From: Octopus sinensis | Taxonomy: Eukaryota | Direction: 5' to 3' | Assembly: GCF_006345805.1 (NCBI RefSeq) | Contig: NC_043014.1 | Location: forward strand, 27,094,001-27,158,000 | Length of the DNA stretch: 64,000 nt | Shown here: one piece after another, positions 12,940-26,689 of the stretch | How positions within the stretch are numbered: position 1 is the stretch's first letter | Layout: each line of letters begins with the position of its first letter | Made by a program: the position numbers and the translations under genes | The notes under the pieces: model-generated | The model's input: the letters and a program-made list of their open reading frames with translations, nothing else | The model's database searches: none | Told to the model about the DNA's origin: nothing

Positions 12940-14350
12940 TATTTATTTATATGCATGTTTGTATATGTATATATCTTTACACACACACACATATATATAT
13001 ATATATATGCATACACACGCACACGTTTAAACGCATGCACACACACATACATTATTTGTATCCAGGTGCACGCTTTTTGGTTGAGGGATTGATGGAGTTC
13101 GATTTTTTTGGTGTGGGTGGTCGTGGTTCCGCAGGCGCGCGCCTGGGGAGCGGCCAGCCCCATATGCGTGCGTTGTCTGTTTGTGTGTCGTGTGTGTGTG
13201 TGTGAGTATACATACATGCACACGCGTACACATACATACCTACATACATACACGCACACACACTTACACACATACATACATACACACATACACACACACA
13301 TATACATACATACACAAGACATACATACAGACACACACCTATACACTCACACATACATACATACACACCCACATACACACGCACACACATACATACACAC
13401 ACACGCACACACGCATACATACATACATTACGCCCACACAACTCCAGAGGAAACCCCACGCAATACACACACATACATACATACATTCATACTTTCATTC
13501 ATACATACATACATACATACACACACACACAAACATACACAGACACACACACATACATACATACACACATACATATATACACACACACATACACACATAC
13601 ACACACACATACATACACACACACATATATGCACATACACATATACATACACACATGCATACACACACACACATACATGCATGCATGCATACATACATAC
13701 ATACACACACACACATACACACATACACGCATGCACACATACATACATACATACACACACACATACACGCATGCACACATACATACATACACACACACAT
13801 ACATACATACACACACACACACTTCCACACATACATACATACACACATACACACGCATACATACATACATACACACATACATACACGCACACACACATAC
13901 ACATATCCACACACACATACTTACATACACTCATACGGACATACATACACACTCACACATACATACATACACAGGCACTAATTCACATACACACCGACAC
14001 ATACATACACACAACATATACCTCCACGCACACGCACACATACACATACGTACACACACATACATACGCACACCAAAACATGTGCACACATATGCACGCA
14101 CACGCGCAAAAAGAAACTCAATGCACATACATACACACGCACACACACACAAATGAACCCATACACACATCCCATACAGCACACAACCATACATACACAC
14201 ACACAATTATACATATATGCACGTACAAGCACACACACACACATACACTTAGTTAAGCACAGTTACTCGCCATACACACAAAAAAACGCACACGTACACA
14301 CACACATACTACAACAAAACACACACACGATACATATACATGCACACACA
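12940..14350. repeat. Long compound (CA)n/(CATA)n/(CACATA)n microsatellite array with a short GC-rich interruption at ~13060-13190
   Basis: Direct reading; source of the His/Thr/Tyr/Ile and Val/Cys/Met pseudo-ORFs. Confidence 0.95.
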
Positions 14351-14559
14351 CATACCTCCCTGTTTCTGACCTGCCTTCCTGACTTGCTAGGGTACCACCA
14401 CACCACTCCTTTAATTCTACTACTGCCTGCCACTAGCCATTGTCCTCCATACACACACACGCACACACACACACACACCCTTGTCATCTCGCACATTCCT
14501 TCTTTGATTCAGCTCTCCTGTTTTTAAAAACATGTTCCTCCCTTTTCACCACTTCCGTC

Positions 14560-14770
14560 TTTTCAGTATGTGACCTCGTGAAGACTACCTGCATTTTTTT
14601 TCCCTCTGTCCTCCCGCCTCGGGATCTTTCTTTCTCCTATGTTTCCGACAAAGAGCTCCGCTCAAAACGTCATACCCTCCTTCTTCCCTTCTTTCCTGAG
14701 CATCCAATAATACTTTATTTGTTCCACATCCTCGCGTTGTTGTCTTTTTGTTTTCTTGTTTGGATTAACT
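14560..14770 (+). mobile_element. PLE-type terminal repeat fragment with a degenerate minimal hammerhead (14641-14675)
   Basis: gttt-CCGACAA-a-GAGC-tcc-GCTC-AAAA-CG-TC-atac; same layout as 56438-56473. Confidence 0.5.
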
Positions 14771-14804
14771 TTATATATATATATATATATAGATAAAACC
14801 GCCT

Positions 14805-15012
14805 GACTGGCCCTTGTGCTGGTGACACGTAAAAGCACCCACTACACTCTTGGAGTAGTTGGCATTAGGAAATGCATTGCTTGACATTAACTGTAGAAAC
14901 TCTGCCATATCAAGATTGGAGCCTGGTGCAGCCATCTGGTTCGCCAATCCTCAGTCAAATCGTCCAACCCATGCTAGCATGGAAAGCAGACGTTAAACGA
15001 TGATGATGATGA
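14805..15012 (+). mobile_element. RTE LINE 3' tail
   Basis: gtaaaagcacccactacactc...ccaacccatgctagcatggaaagcagacgttaaacgatgatgatgat. Confidence 0.85.
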
Positions 15013-15051
<39 letters not shown>

Positions 15052-15075
15052 TATATATATATTTATATATATATG

Positions 15076-15919
15076 TAAAATTAAATAAGGGTAGAAATTG
15101 ATATTAATCAATTAAAACCAGTAGCTTAGCATATTTTTAAAAAATCCGAAGACAAAAAATGATGCTACATACAAAATTTAGAGGACTGACTACTAAAAGT
15201 GGATAACCTATATGCTAAACATAGACGTCAAATCGCCATTACCATGAAGAATGTGTTCTCAAGAAAAATCTCAGCAAAAAACTAAAATGTAAGAATAAGC
15301 AAGGCAAATGAAAATATATGAAATAAAAAACGATTACCTATGTACCAATTGGTTTCACTTGTTAATATTTACGTATATGGATACGTAAACATCTGCAAGA
15401 TCATCATCATAGTCTGTCGTTTACAAAATACAATTTCCAGAACTAGACACAGAATGCTCAACCGAAATCCAGCATGTATAAAGTTCTACAAATTATATTT
15501 AGATGTATCTTTTCAAATGCCCTCACTTTGGCGCACTGAAACTGGAAACTACTCTGGAGTTAATGAACTACAGCAGTGAATTTACAGGTTAAAGAACATT
15601 TTTTATATTTAAAATTAAATAAGGGAAGAAATTGATATTAATCAATTAAAACCAGTGGCTTAGCATATTTTTAAAAAATTCGAAGATTAAAAATTGTGCT
15701 ACATACAAAATTTAGAGGACTGACCACTGATGATCTTGCAGATGTTTGTGTGTCCATATACGTAAATATTAACTAGTAAAACCAATGGTACATTGGTAAT
15801 CGTTTTTTATTTCATATATTTTCATTTGCCTTGCTTATTTTTACACTTTGGTTTTTTGCTGAGATTTTTCTTGAGAACACATTCTTCGTGGTAATGGTGA
15901 TTTGCCGTCTATGTTTAGC

Positions 15920-15924
<5 letters not shown>
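15076..15924. repeat. Rearranged A-B-C-A-B(inverted) repeat
   Basis: 15076-15194 is directly repeated at 15610-15728; 15209-15406 is the reverse complement of 15728-15924. Confidence 0.85.
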
Positions 15925-15944
<20 letters not shown>

Positions 15945-15950
<6 letters not shown>

Positions 15951-16292
15951 TATGCAAACATGTATATAAATACATATTAAAAGTAATAGAAATGAAACTA
16001 TTATATAGATACATAATGAAAGTAATTGAAATTGAAACCATATAATAGAGAAAGTATTAATAGAGATGTTATCATTTCACTTTTGACACATAACAGAGAA
16101 AGTGTAAGAGATTGCTCAGGGCTTGAATTAGGTAAGAAGTTGAAAATTTTTTGGGCCCATGGCAATACATGGACCCTATGTAAGGCATATATAAAATTTG
16201 AATGAAACCCATTGTGTAGTTCTTAAGTCTTAGGGATTCACACAGATAAACAAACACATAGGCAGACACATTCTCAGTTTCATATATTAAGA
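15945..16292 (-). mobile_element. 5' part of a non-autonomous Helitron-like family
   Basis: Minus strand begins TCTTAATATATG; related copies at 17650-18010 (-) and 12855-12935 (+). Confidence 0.55.
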
Positions 16293-16609
16293 TAAACACA
16301 TATATACATACATATACATATGCATATATACATACATATATATAAATACACTCACACACACATAAATATACTTACATAAAAATACATATACATGCATGTG
16401 TGTGTGTGAGAGTTGAAACATCTCAAGTGTAACTGTCCGAAATGGTCGTGACTTCTGGTTCTTGACTGATGAAAGAAAGCCAAGAATGTCCCACTTGTTT
16501 TGCCTGTCCTTCTAATTGTTGCTTTTCTTGTCTGCCTTTGTGTCATCTATCTGTCCAAATGTTTAAATTGCATTTTTGTTCCAATTTTATATATATATAT
16601 ATATATATA

Positions 16610-17180
16610 CGTGAGAAGACCAGGCAGGACAAGTGAGTCCAGCCCACTTATGCATGCCTTTCCTCCCTTGGACACACAAAGACCTGTTGAGGCAAGCGAA
16701 GTTGATATCGAACCTCATCCGACGACAGGCACCCATGCCAACCCCCTTTGATTGCGAAGACCTGTTGGGGCAAGTGAAATCGAAATCGAAATTGAAATCG
16801 GAATCGGAATCGAAATTGAACCAATCCTATGACTGGCACCCGGCAGATGCCAGGACCCCTGGACTGGTGGTACGTAAAAAGCACTATCCGAATCGTGGCC
16901 GATGCCAGTGCCGTCTTGACTGGCTTCCGTGCCGGTGGCACGTAAAATGCACCAATCCGACCGTGGCCGTTGCCAGCCTTGCCTGGCACCTGTGCAGGTG
17001 GCACGTAAAAAGCACCCACTACACTCACAGAGTGGTTGGCATTAGGAAGGGCATCCAGCTGTAGAAACATTGCCAGATAAGACTGGAGCCTGGTGCAGCC
17101 TTCTGGCTTCCCAGATCCCTGGTCGAACCGTCTAACCTATGCTAGCATGGAGAACGGACGTTAAACGATGATGATGATGA
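16610..17180 (+). mobile_element. RTE LINE 3' UTR
   Basis: gacctgttg..gcaag, (gaaatc)n, tandem gtggcacgtaaaa-gcacc modules, (gat)n tail; similar to 60520-60640. Confidence 0.85.
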
Positions 17181-17304
17181 TATATATATATATATATATA
17201 TAAGATCAGCAACAATTTAGATTCAAATGAATATGGTACTTAATTTAGAGGCATCAGAATTTTGTATAGTGTTACCCATAAAAATTTGTGGGGTGATAAT
17301 AATA

Positions 17305-17414
17305 AAAAATAAGCAACAAGAATGATACCGGTAATTTAGTACAATTGTTTCATACTACATGTAGTATGAAACAATTGTACTAAATTACCGGTATAATTCT
17401 TGTTGCTTATTTTT
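17305..17414. repeat. Loop-less palindrome, 55-bp arms, 1 mismatch
   Basis: Centre ...catactaca|tgtagtatg... at 17359/17360; arms carry GAAACAATTGTA. Confidence 0.95.
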
Positions 17415-17491
17415 GTATATATATATATATATATATATGTATATGTATATATATATACATTTAATGAAGTGTAAGGATTTCAGTCCTCACC

Positions 17492-17540
<49 letters not shown>

Positions 17541-17571
17541 TTTACTCACATATGTATTCATACATAGATAT

Positions 17572-17643
<72 letters not shown>

Positions 17644-17649
17644 GACAGA

Positions 17650-18010
17650 CAGACATACAAACATGTATATAAATACATATTGGAAGTAATAGAAATGAAA
17701 CTAATATATATAGATACATAAAGAATGTAACTGAAATTGAAACCATATAATAGTGAAGGAATTAATAGAGATGTTATTGTTTCACTTTTGACACGTAATA
17801 TGGAAAGTGTAAGAGATAAGAGATAGCTCAGTGCTCGCATTAGGTAAGAAGTTGAGAATTTTTTTGCTCATTACACTGCATGTACCATAAGTAAGGCATG
17901 TATAAAATTTGAATGAAATCCGTTGAGTAGTTCTCGAGTTTTAGGGATTCACACAGACAGACAAACACACAGACAAGCAGACACACATTCTCAGTTCTAT
18001 ACATTAAGAT
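17650..18010 (-). mobile_element. 5' part of a non-autonomous Helitron-like family (second copy)
   Basis: Colinear with 15945-16292 along its length; minus strand begins TCTTAATGTATAG. Confidence 0.55.
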
Positions 18011-18263
18011 AAAAATATATGAATACTAAAAATATACTTGGACATATAAGTATATAGATTTATAAACATACTAATGATATAATATAAATAAAAGTAATAG
18101 TGGAATATAGATAAAAACGTTTTTAAAAAAGTTTAAAGTATGGTATAGTAATAGGCATTAAAAACAGTTTTGGGTTACAAGTTAGAAGAAATACAGTGTT
18201 CCAACGATCGTTTCTGGAGCTCATTCATCTGAATTACAGATGAATCTTAAGATTCATTTCCAG

Positions 18264-18334
18264 TGAATGGCCACTTCATCAGGGAAAAAGAAAAATGATG
18301 TTTACGCTAGATATGCATTCAGTACTTTATAAAG
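18264..18334 (+). CDS. Host gene candidate exon (71 nt): EWPLHQGKRKMMFTLDMHSVLYK
   Basis: ttccag|TGAATG...TATAAAG|gtatga; phase 2 in, phase 1 out, matching the next candidate exon. Confidence 0.55.
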
Positions 18335-18395
18335 GTATGACAAAATTGGATGCTTTCATAGAAGAGTGGATATAGCTATATAAATTATGGAAATT

Positions 18396-19230
18396 TATGA
18401 GGGCTGATGGGAGTAAAATTAGATTGCTTACTTTCTTTCTTAAAATTTATATCTGTATTGGTGATATATTGTTGTGCACTTTTGGAATTCGGCCTGGAAG
18501 TTGTTTTCCACCTTCTGCAATTCTCTCTGGATCTTGACAACAGTGTTAAAATGGTGAGCTTTGAGCTGCATTTTAATCTTGGGGAAGGGATGGAAGTCAA
18601 CAGGTGCTAAATCTAGTGAATAGTGTGAGTGCAGAAGCAATATCACATTGTTTTTGACGAGAAACTCATGAATAAGGAGAGTTTGGTGACAGAGTACATT
18701 GTCATCATGAAGAATCCAATTGTTCATGTTCCACAGATCTAATTACTTTCACCAGATGTCTTCCCACAAATGCTTCAAAACATCACAGTAGAATTCTTGA
18801 TTGACAGTCTAGACCTTGGAGATGAATTCTCAATGCACAATACCACATTTCTGGGAGTGATGCTTGTGACAGGTCTTCCATGGCCACTACTCCACTTTTG
18901 AAGTGCTCGTGTCACTCAAAACCTTGTGTACAACCCATTGCCTTGTCACTGTAAGCCTGCCAAAGCATGCTCAATGTCTCCCAAGATTAACACAAAATTT
19001 CACATTGGCTCTTCATTCCAACTTCTTGTCCATGACAAAATCACAAACTACAGCATACAGATGATCATAAAAAACACAAATTTTATAACTTGTGAAGTAA
19101 ATACAACCACATCACTCAGCACACTACCTATTGAAGGTTACTGCTAGCTCTCACTGCTCACGCAAACATGTGCTACCATCTGTTGGTGCACTAAAGAACA
19201 AGTCCGGGAACTTTTTGATACCACCTCATA
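18396..19230 (-). mobile_element. mariner relic
   Basis: ORF 18440..18727 WILHDDNVLCH...SLDLAPVDFHPFPKIK; TIR gaactttttgataccacctca+TA at 19208-19230. Confidence 0.85.
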
Positions 19231-21339
19231 TACTCATATTTTGAGTCATATTATTCCTGTTTGCATCACCATACCTTCTATATAGGTTTATAAACGTGTG
19301 TGTGTGTGTGTGTGTATGTGAGTGTATCCCATAATAATTTAGAAACTTTCAGAGGACATGAAATAATACATTTGTATTGGTGGAATTCAAAACAGATAAA
19401 GCTATAAATAATAGCATGTAAAAATTGGGTTAAAAAAGCTTTGGATGGACAAAGTCAAAGGTTCTGTGTGTGTGAATGTGTGCATGTGTGTGTGAGAGAG
19501 AGATATAAACAGCATCCTAGATTCTAAGCCAGAATTTGAAACCGAGCCTACATTTTTTAACAAGTTCCTTATTATTATTGTTATACTTGAGGATGGTCAT
19601 ATTTTGCTAATTAAGCACACATGTTATGTATTTGATCTTCACCTCAGCTTTATTATTTCAGTTTCTTTGCCAAAGCTCTTTCCTTACACACCCTGTGACC
19701 ATTTCAGTGACTTTCTAACCCATGTGTCTCCCTTTGTTCTTTATTATTGTTCTCCGCCTTTGCACTCAGAAATTTATGAGAGTCAAATTTAGATCAGTTC
19801 TATTGTTTAAGGGACTATTTCAAGTCAAGCTCAGGTTAAAGCAGATAGAAGATGGAAAATCCTTTGTTTAACCTTACCTAATTTAGTTAGAAAATATATA
19901 AATACAGAACCCAAAATTAATTCTAACTCTTTGGTCACTCATCACCAAGCTAAAAAGAACCTTTTTTGCTCCCTTCACTCATGGCTTTTCAAAGAGGGAG
20001 CATTTAACTTTCACTCCCTATACTTTGTCAACACAAAGAAGTAGACTCTCTTACCCTCTCTCTCTCTCTCTCGCTCTCTCTCCCTCCTTTTCAGATATTC
20101 ACACACAGACACAGTCAAACACACAAATATGAAGTGGTCTTGCAGTGGATTCTCTCCTAGCTGTCATCCTACAAGACACCTACAAGAGTTGTCCTCTTGT
20201 AAATGTCATGTGTCACATTTACTTGAATTTAGAGAGGACAGCTGTGTATGCATGCATGTGTGGGTGTTGGTGAGTGAGAGTGTGAGTTTGTGTGTATATG
20301 TAGGTGATAAGTGTTAGAATGTTTACATGAGTGTTTTTGTGAGTGAATGTTCATACATATAAGAGAGGGTATGTGAAGTGCACATATTTGTGGGTGTACT
20401 TGTGCATATTAGCTTATGCTTGCAAGTATCTTTATGCATGTGTACTTATTTATATATGTTCTGTCTCTCCTTCTTTCCATGCCTTCTCTCTCTCCCTTTC
20501 TTTCTCTGTGTGTGTGTGTTCTCTTTCTCTTTTTAATCTATAATAAATTTTTGACCTGCCACCTACTTTGTAGCAAGGTTGTGAAGGAAAGCATCTTGTT
20601 TTGTTCATCATCCTTGAAATCTTAAGAAGTTCTTGCAGATATCATGACCATTTATAGCATATGAATTAAGGATTTGTATTCTCTCCCCAAGACTGGTTGG
20701 TATGTATTCTGTTGTTCTTCTGTATGAAGATGAAAGTGCAAACTCCTTAGCAGTGATCCGTAGATGTCCTGTTTCTCTTGTATTTTTCTAACTACATTGG
20801 TGTCCAGATGGATGGACAGACAGATAATCATATGTATGTAAGACAACCCAGTGTGACTGAATGGTTATGAACTTAGCTTCACAATCATGCAGACTTGGGT
20901 TTGATCTCACTGATTTGCATTTTTGGCAAATGCCATTTTCTGTAACCTCTGTTCAAATTTTACCTGTAATTCAAAACGGAGGGTCTTGTCACACACCATG
21001 TGTCACACTAATTCTATCTGGGAATTATGTCAAGAGTGCATGTGTCTGTAGAATACTCAGCCACTCACACATAAATTCAGGAGCAGGTAATTCAGTTCAT
21101 CAAACAAACTGAATACTCACCATTGAACAATGGAGATACACAGAAAAAATTATATATATATTATATATTAAACAATGATGTATGCACACACACACACACA
21201 TATATGAATACATATATACATATGCAGATGTATATATACACAAATTATATATATGAATACATACATACATATGTATATATATACATACATATATTTGGCA
21301 TTATGTTGTGCTTGAGAAGAAGACCCATCAATCCAAGCA

Positions 21340-21610
21340 AAATTGCAGTCAGATATTGGTTTCACACAAATTGGCACCTGTGCTGGTGGCATACAGAACC
21401 ACTCTGGTGTCATGCAAATGGCACCCCTGCTAGTGGCACGTAAAAGCACCCATTACACTCTCAGAGTGGTTGATGTTAGGAAGGTCATCCAGCTGTAGAA
21501 AACCATGGCAAATCAGACTGGAGTCTGGTGCAGCCTTCCAGCATGCCAGCCCAGTCAAACTGTCCATCCCAAACCAATATGGACAACGGATGATAAATGA
21601 TGATGATGCA
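21340..21610 (+). mobile_element. RTE LINE 3' tail
   Basis: gtggcacgtaaaagcaccc...aggaaggtcatccagctgtagaaa...atgatgatgat. Confidence 0.8.
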
Positions 21611-21654
21611 TATACACATATGTGTGTGTGCGTGTATGTGTGTGTAAATATACA

Positions 21655-22497
21655 TACAACATGGTATCAAAAAGTTCTCGGACTAGTTCCGTAGTGCTCC
21701 AACAGATAGCAGCACATTGTTGCATGAACAGTGAGAGCCAGCAGTGACCTTCATGAAGCTGTGTGCTGAGTAACATTGCTGTTGTTACTTCGCTAGTTAT
21801 AAAATTTGTGTTTCTGTTACCATGTGTATGCTATAGTCTGCAATTTTGTCATGGACAGGCAGTTGGAATAAAGAGCCAACTGAAAATTTTGCATTAAACT
21901 TGAGAAATCTGCTTCAGCAAGCTTATGGCAATGAAGCAATGGAAGAGTCCTTCATCTCCATAACCAAAGAAGGCACAACAGAGCCGCTGCTCAATCAAGA
22001 GCATGGTCATCGTTTTTTCGGCATCCATGGTATTGAGTATTGAGAATTCCTCCCCCAGGGCCAGACTATCAATCAAGAGTTCTACTGCGACGTTTTGAAG
22101 CATTTGAGGGCGGACATTCAGTAAAAGCAACTGGATCCATGGAACATGAAGAATTGGATTCTTCATGATAACAATATACCCGGTTACTGAGCTCTCCTCA
22201 TTTGTGAGTTTCTCACCAAAAACATGATATTGCTTCCACACCTGCCCTATGCAGACTTCCATCTCTTCCTCGTGAGGGAAATGCAGCTCAAAAGGTCACC
22301 GTCTTAACACTATTGCTGAGATCCAGAGCAAATCACAGACGGTTCTCGACTCACTTTATGGAAACCAACTTCCAGGCTGAATTCCAAAAATGGCAGGAAT
22401 CCTGGAACCGGCATATTGATGCACAAGATGACTATTTTGAAGGAGATGATGTTAAAACTTAGATAAATAAGTTATTTTTTATTGAATATAACTAGTA
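21655..22497 (+). mobile_element. mariner relic, opposite orientation to the other two copies
   Basis: TIR tggtatcaaaaagttctcggactag; pieces IVFFGIHGIEY.EFLPQGQTINQEFYCDVL, WILHDNN, DYFEGD. Confidence 0.85.
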
Positions 22498-23379
22498 CAT
22501 AGATATGTACATATGTACATGCATGCAGGCACACACACACACAGAAGCTTACACACACACACACGCACATACATACACATGCATACATAAAAAAGAAAAT
22601 TTCAACAAAAGATACAACAGTGTTTTATCAATAGCACAAAGGAGGAAAAATTTCTTTTTCATTTTGTTATATATATTTTTTACAAAACTTCTGAAATAGT
22701 CAATATGAATGATATAATGATAATCATCATGAATATGTGTACAAAAAATATATATAAAAAACAATTTCCGTTAGAAATTAAAAATAAAAACGAACAAAAA
22801 TGATATTACAGAATAGTTTTGATGTTTGATTTATATTAAAAAAGAGAAACCTTTTATAGGCTTTTAAAACAGTCAATACTAACAATCTATAAATGTAGAA
22901 AGTAGAGCAATTGCAGTGGAAGACATGCAGTAAGATATTGTCAGTCTCAACATTACATTTTTAGCTTTTGATATTTCCTTTGTAATTTGTCAGTTTATTT
23001 TAATACTTTTCCTTCTTCTTTGTGATGTACTGAAATAGATAAATGACACGTGTGTGTTGGTGTGTGTACACACACCAACACACACATACATATATCTATA
23101 CATATTAAAATACCTGTAGGATAAACAAAAATAATGATAATAAATAAAGGAAATAATAGCACATTTTTTTTACCTACTTTCATAATAATCAATTATAATG
23201 CGATAGAAAAAAGGTATGCAAAAATATGGAACAGCTTCAACAAAATATTTACGGAAATCAAATAATTTTTAGTTATTTATGTATTAGTTTTATTTTTTAT
23301 TGTGTATTGCAGCAATTAATATTTATTTATGTAAAGGCACAAAACTATGTGGAAAAATTAGGCCAACTTTGTTTATACT

Positions 23380-25385
23380 GAGAGCAGTCAATATTGATTT
23401 CGTTACATTGGCATTAGGGTCGATTTTACCAGTAAGAGTATGTAGGCATAGTTGATTGAATCAACTTGAGTACATGTCTGGTACTTTATTTTTGTTAATG
23501 CCTTCCGTAGGGATAATAGGCTAACCTTACATCTGTGTATTTTGAACTCTGAATGCAGAGACCAAACTGTATGACTAGAAAAGAAAGTATTTAATCTCAT
23601 ATATTATTGTGTCACATACTTATTTAGTGTGGTAAGTATTAAATATTAAATTCAAAATACTTATGGAGTGAGGACAAAGACAATTTTAGCTCAGTGAATG
23701 ACTAATGATTAATTTTATAATTGTGGGCAAATATGGAAGGAACATGTTTCAGCCTTATTAGATCTTCTGCAAAGCATAAACTTTAGCATACCAGCTAATA
23801 TAGTGATAAAAGTATCACTAAATTGAAATACAATATTGCACTTAGAAAAATATCAACTTGAGTTAATATTTCAGAGTTGCCATCTGCATAAAAACCAATA
23901 GTTTATGTTAACATTTTTAATATGGAGAGTATCAAATATCTAATTAGAAATACTTATGCTGCAAGGAAATACATCAACTGTGTGTCTTTGTCTGTGTTTG
24001 TTCCCACTACAACTTGATAACCGGTGTTGGTGTGTTTGTGTCCTCATAAAGTAGCAGTTCAGCAAAAGAGACTAACTGAATAAATACTAGACTCTAAAAA
24101 CAAAATATTAATTTTAATGATTAAGACAGCAAGCATTGTTAGCATGCTGGGCAGTGTTTTATCCATTATGTTCTGAGTTCAAATTCTGTCAAAGTTGATT
24201 TTGCCTTTCATCCTTTTGGGGTCAATAAAAGAAGTACCAGTTGAATGAACACTAGGATCACTATAATCAACATTGCTGTGCCAAAATTTGAAACCCATAT
24301 TGTTTTAATGATTTTAGCAAATATCTACGTGTTTTTGTTCAACACATCTCCTCAGTAAACCATATATTTTGCCGTACTTGCTGAAAGAAATTTGTTTTTA
24401 AGCATTCAGTTTTCTTTCTCAACATTCTGAGCTCAAATCTTGCCAAAGTACTGACAATACACCTTATTTTTAAAGTTGAAATATTTTCCCAATTTGTAAA
24501 ATTAAAGATTCATTATTTTTCATAACATAGATGTGCCCACACAAGGTTTTGCATGTTTTCTATTTCCCTCAAGCACTAGAAAAGGGTTACTCACCTCTAA
24601 CATGATATCATTATCATTATTTTCTCACCAACTAGTCTCTTTACAGTGCCCTTAGTTATTTCCTATCTTCATTAACTTGATGCAGTGCTAGATTTTGATT
24701 TGATGTAGACATTAACTACATGAGGCTTAGAAGAGCCCCTGTTAGAAAAAATTATACAAGGCTTTTTAATAATTTTTAGGTACCTGCAATATGTGAAGCC
24801 CTAACTTGTCTTGATTAACTTTGAGAGCGGTCAATATTGATTTCATTACATTGGCATTAGGGCCAATTTTACCAGTAAGAGTATGTAGGCATAGTTGGTT
24901 GAATCAACTTGAGTACACGTCTGGTACTTTATTTTTGTCCAATCCCATTTCATACTGTGATTATCTTCTTCTTTAATTCATATTCAACATACATCTAAGA
25001 TAATGCCCAATAATTTCTTTCTTTCTGGTGTAATATTAAAAGATAAGTTAAGGTGGAGAGCTAGCAAAATCATTAGCATGCCAGGCAAAATACAATAATA
25101 ACGATAACCAATTACATCCCCTTAGATTTTTCTAATTGTTGAATTGTTCAGTCATAAACTCCACACACAACATGGACAAAAAAATTCTTCTTAAAAAAAT
25201 ACATATTTAAATAAATTCTAAATATATATATATATACACACACACACACATATATCTGTGTGTCCTTGTGTCTGTGTTTGTTCCCACTACAACTTGATAA
25301 CCGGTGTTGGTGTGTTTATGTCCTCATAAAGTAGCAGTTCAGCAAAAGAGACTAACTGAATAAATACTAGACTCTAAAAACAAAA
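23380..25385 (+). repeat. Local imperfect tandem duplication
   Basis: 23380-23494 matches 24823-24937, and 23978-24105 matches 25256-25385. The pairs share private variants (actaactgaataaatactagactc). Confidence 0.8.
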
Positions 25386-25507
25386 AGTAAGTGCTAGGGT
25401 CGATACATTTGACTAAAACAAATTTTTCAAGACAGTAACCCCAGCAGTCTAATGACTGAGACAAGTAAAGCTATGCTTGTGTCTTTTTCTTTTTCACTTC
25501 TCTGCAG

Positions 25508-25547
25508 ATTTTAAGGACAGAATATCAATACATGAAAGTTGTGGCCA
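25508..25547 (+). CDS. Host gene candidate exon (40 nt): (D)FKDRISIHESCG(Q)
   Basis: ttttcacttctctgcag|ATTTTAAG...GGCCA|gtaatc; phase 1 in, phase 2 out. Confidence 0.6.
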
Positions 25548-25760
25548 GTAATCTTTGCTGCTTGTCATTTCATGTGTAGATTTTATTTGGCAAAGTGCAG
25601 GCAGGCATGGCTGTGTGATTAAGAACCTCCCTTTCAAGCCACATGGTTCTGGGCTCATTTCCACTGCATGTCACCTTGGGAAAATGTCTTCTATAACCAC
25701 AGGCTCACCAAAGTCTTGTGAGTGGATTCAATTGAAAGACACTGAAAGTGGCTCATTTTT

Positions 25761-25793
<33 letters not shown>

Positions 25794-26689
25794 TTGCAAA
25801 CAAATGTCATCATTTAACAAATTAGCAGCCTTCATTTCCAAGTTTTCAGGAAAACATGTCCAGTCATGGAGAAACATTACTTTGTTTGAAAACAGAAGAA
25901 AGTTCATGACAGGAAGGGCGTCTGGGCATAGAAAATCTACCCCAACTCATCCTATCTGACCCATACAAGTATGGGAAAGTGGTCATTAAAAACAACAATG
26001 ATAATGATGATGATGAATATATCTCACAAGTTGTCAACTTGCTGGTGATGTGTTTAATTTCTTAGTTTTCTTTAATCCTTGTCAAGTTACAAACTCCTGA
26101 CAAGCAGAAATGCCACCGATTATAACAGGTCAGATTTGAACACAGAATTGGAACAGCATTGCTAGGCTTCCCTTCTGACAATCCTGCCAATCCACTGCTG
26201 AATGAAAGACAAAATAATACATCAGTGAAATTTGAACAGACAGAATCTATACGGCAAAGGGTTCTATCTGATGATCAAGCAATCCTTCCAATTTACCTGC
26301 CCTCTTGAAACAGTAGTCTACTGGTGTTAAATTAAATGACTATATATGCCTGTCTCTGTACATTTGTGGCAGTATGCCAATGTGAGTAATTAATATTAAA
26401 TAAGTATATACAACAAGGGAAATTACTTGCAAAAATCATTTGAGCTTTTATCAATGATTTATCAGTACTTCCGTATGTAAATGGTAACCATGGTTAGTGG
26501 TTGTCATTGTTGTTGAGTCCCTGATCATCAGATCATCCCTGACCAAATAGACATGACCATCTTGTTTGTGTTTTCTTTTTTTTTTTTGGTGGGGGTTGAA
26601 GATATGACAACATTCTGTGAAATTGTTTAATGTATGCTTCTTTTTTTTAAGATACAAGGGTATGATTTGAGGGAGATTTAGCTATTTCT

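Noticed and set aside
13108-14256. 382-aa His/Thr/Tyr/Ile ORF and overlapping ORFs in all frames
   Set aside because: Translation of (CA)n/(CATA)n arrays, which lack stop codons; the same applies to the many YI/CV/HT-rich ORFs across the track.
15720-15750. CTGATGA at the inversion junction; also CTGATGA at ~47974 and ~16467
   Set aside because: No properly placed GAAA-stem III-UH downstream; the first is created by the junction itself.
16870-17035. Regularly recurring gtggcacgtaaaa-gcacc motif with variable spacers, superficially CRISPR-like (also 52960-53345)
   Set aside because: Eukaryotic context, no cas genes, spacers related to each other; it is the modular 3' UTR of the RTE LINE.
24595-24740. 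Minus-strand segment with a strong acceptor (ttttctaacag) and donor (ag|gtgagt)
   Set aside because: Stops in all three frames; could be a non-coding exon, but nothing else supports it.
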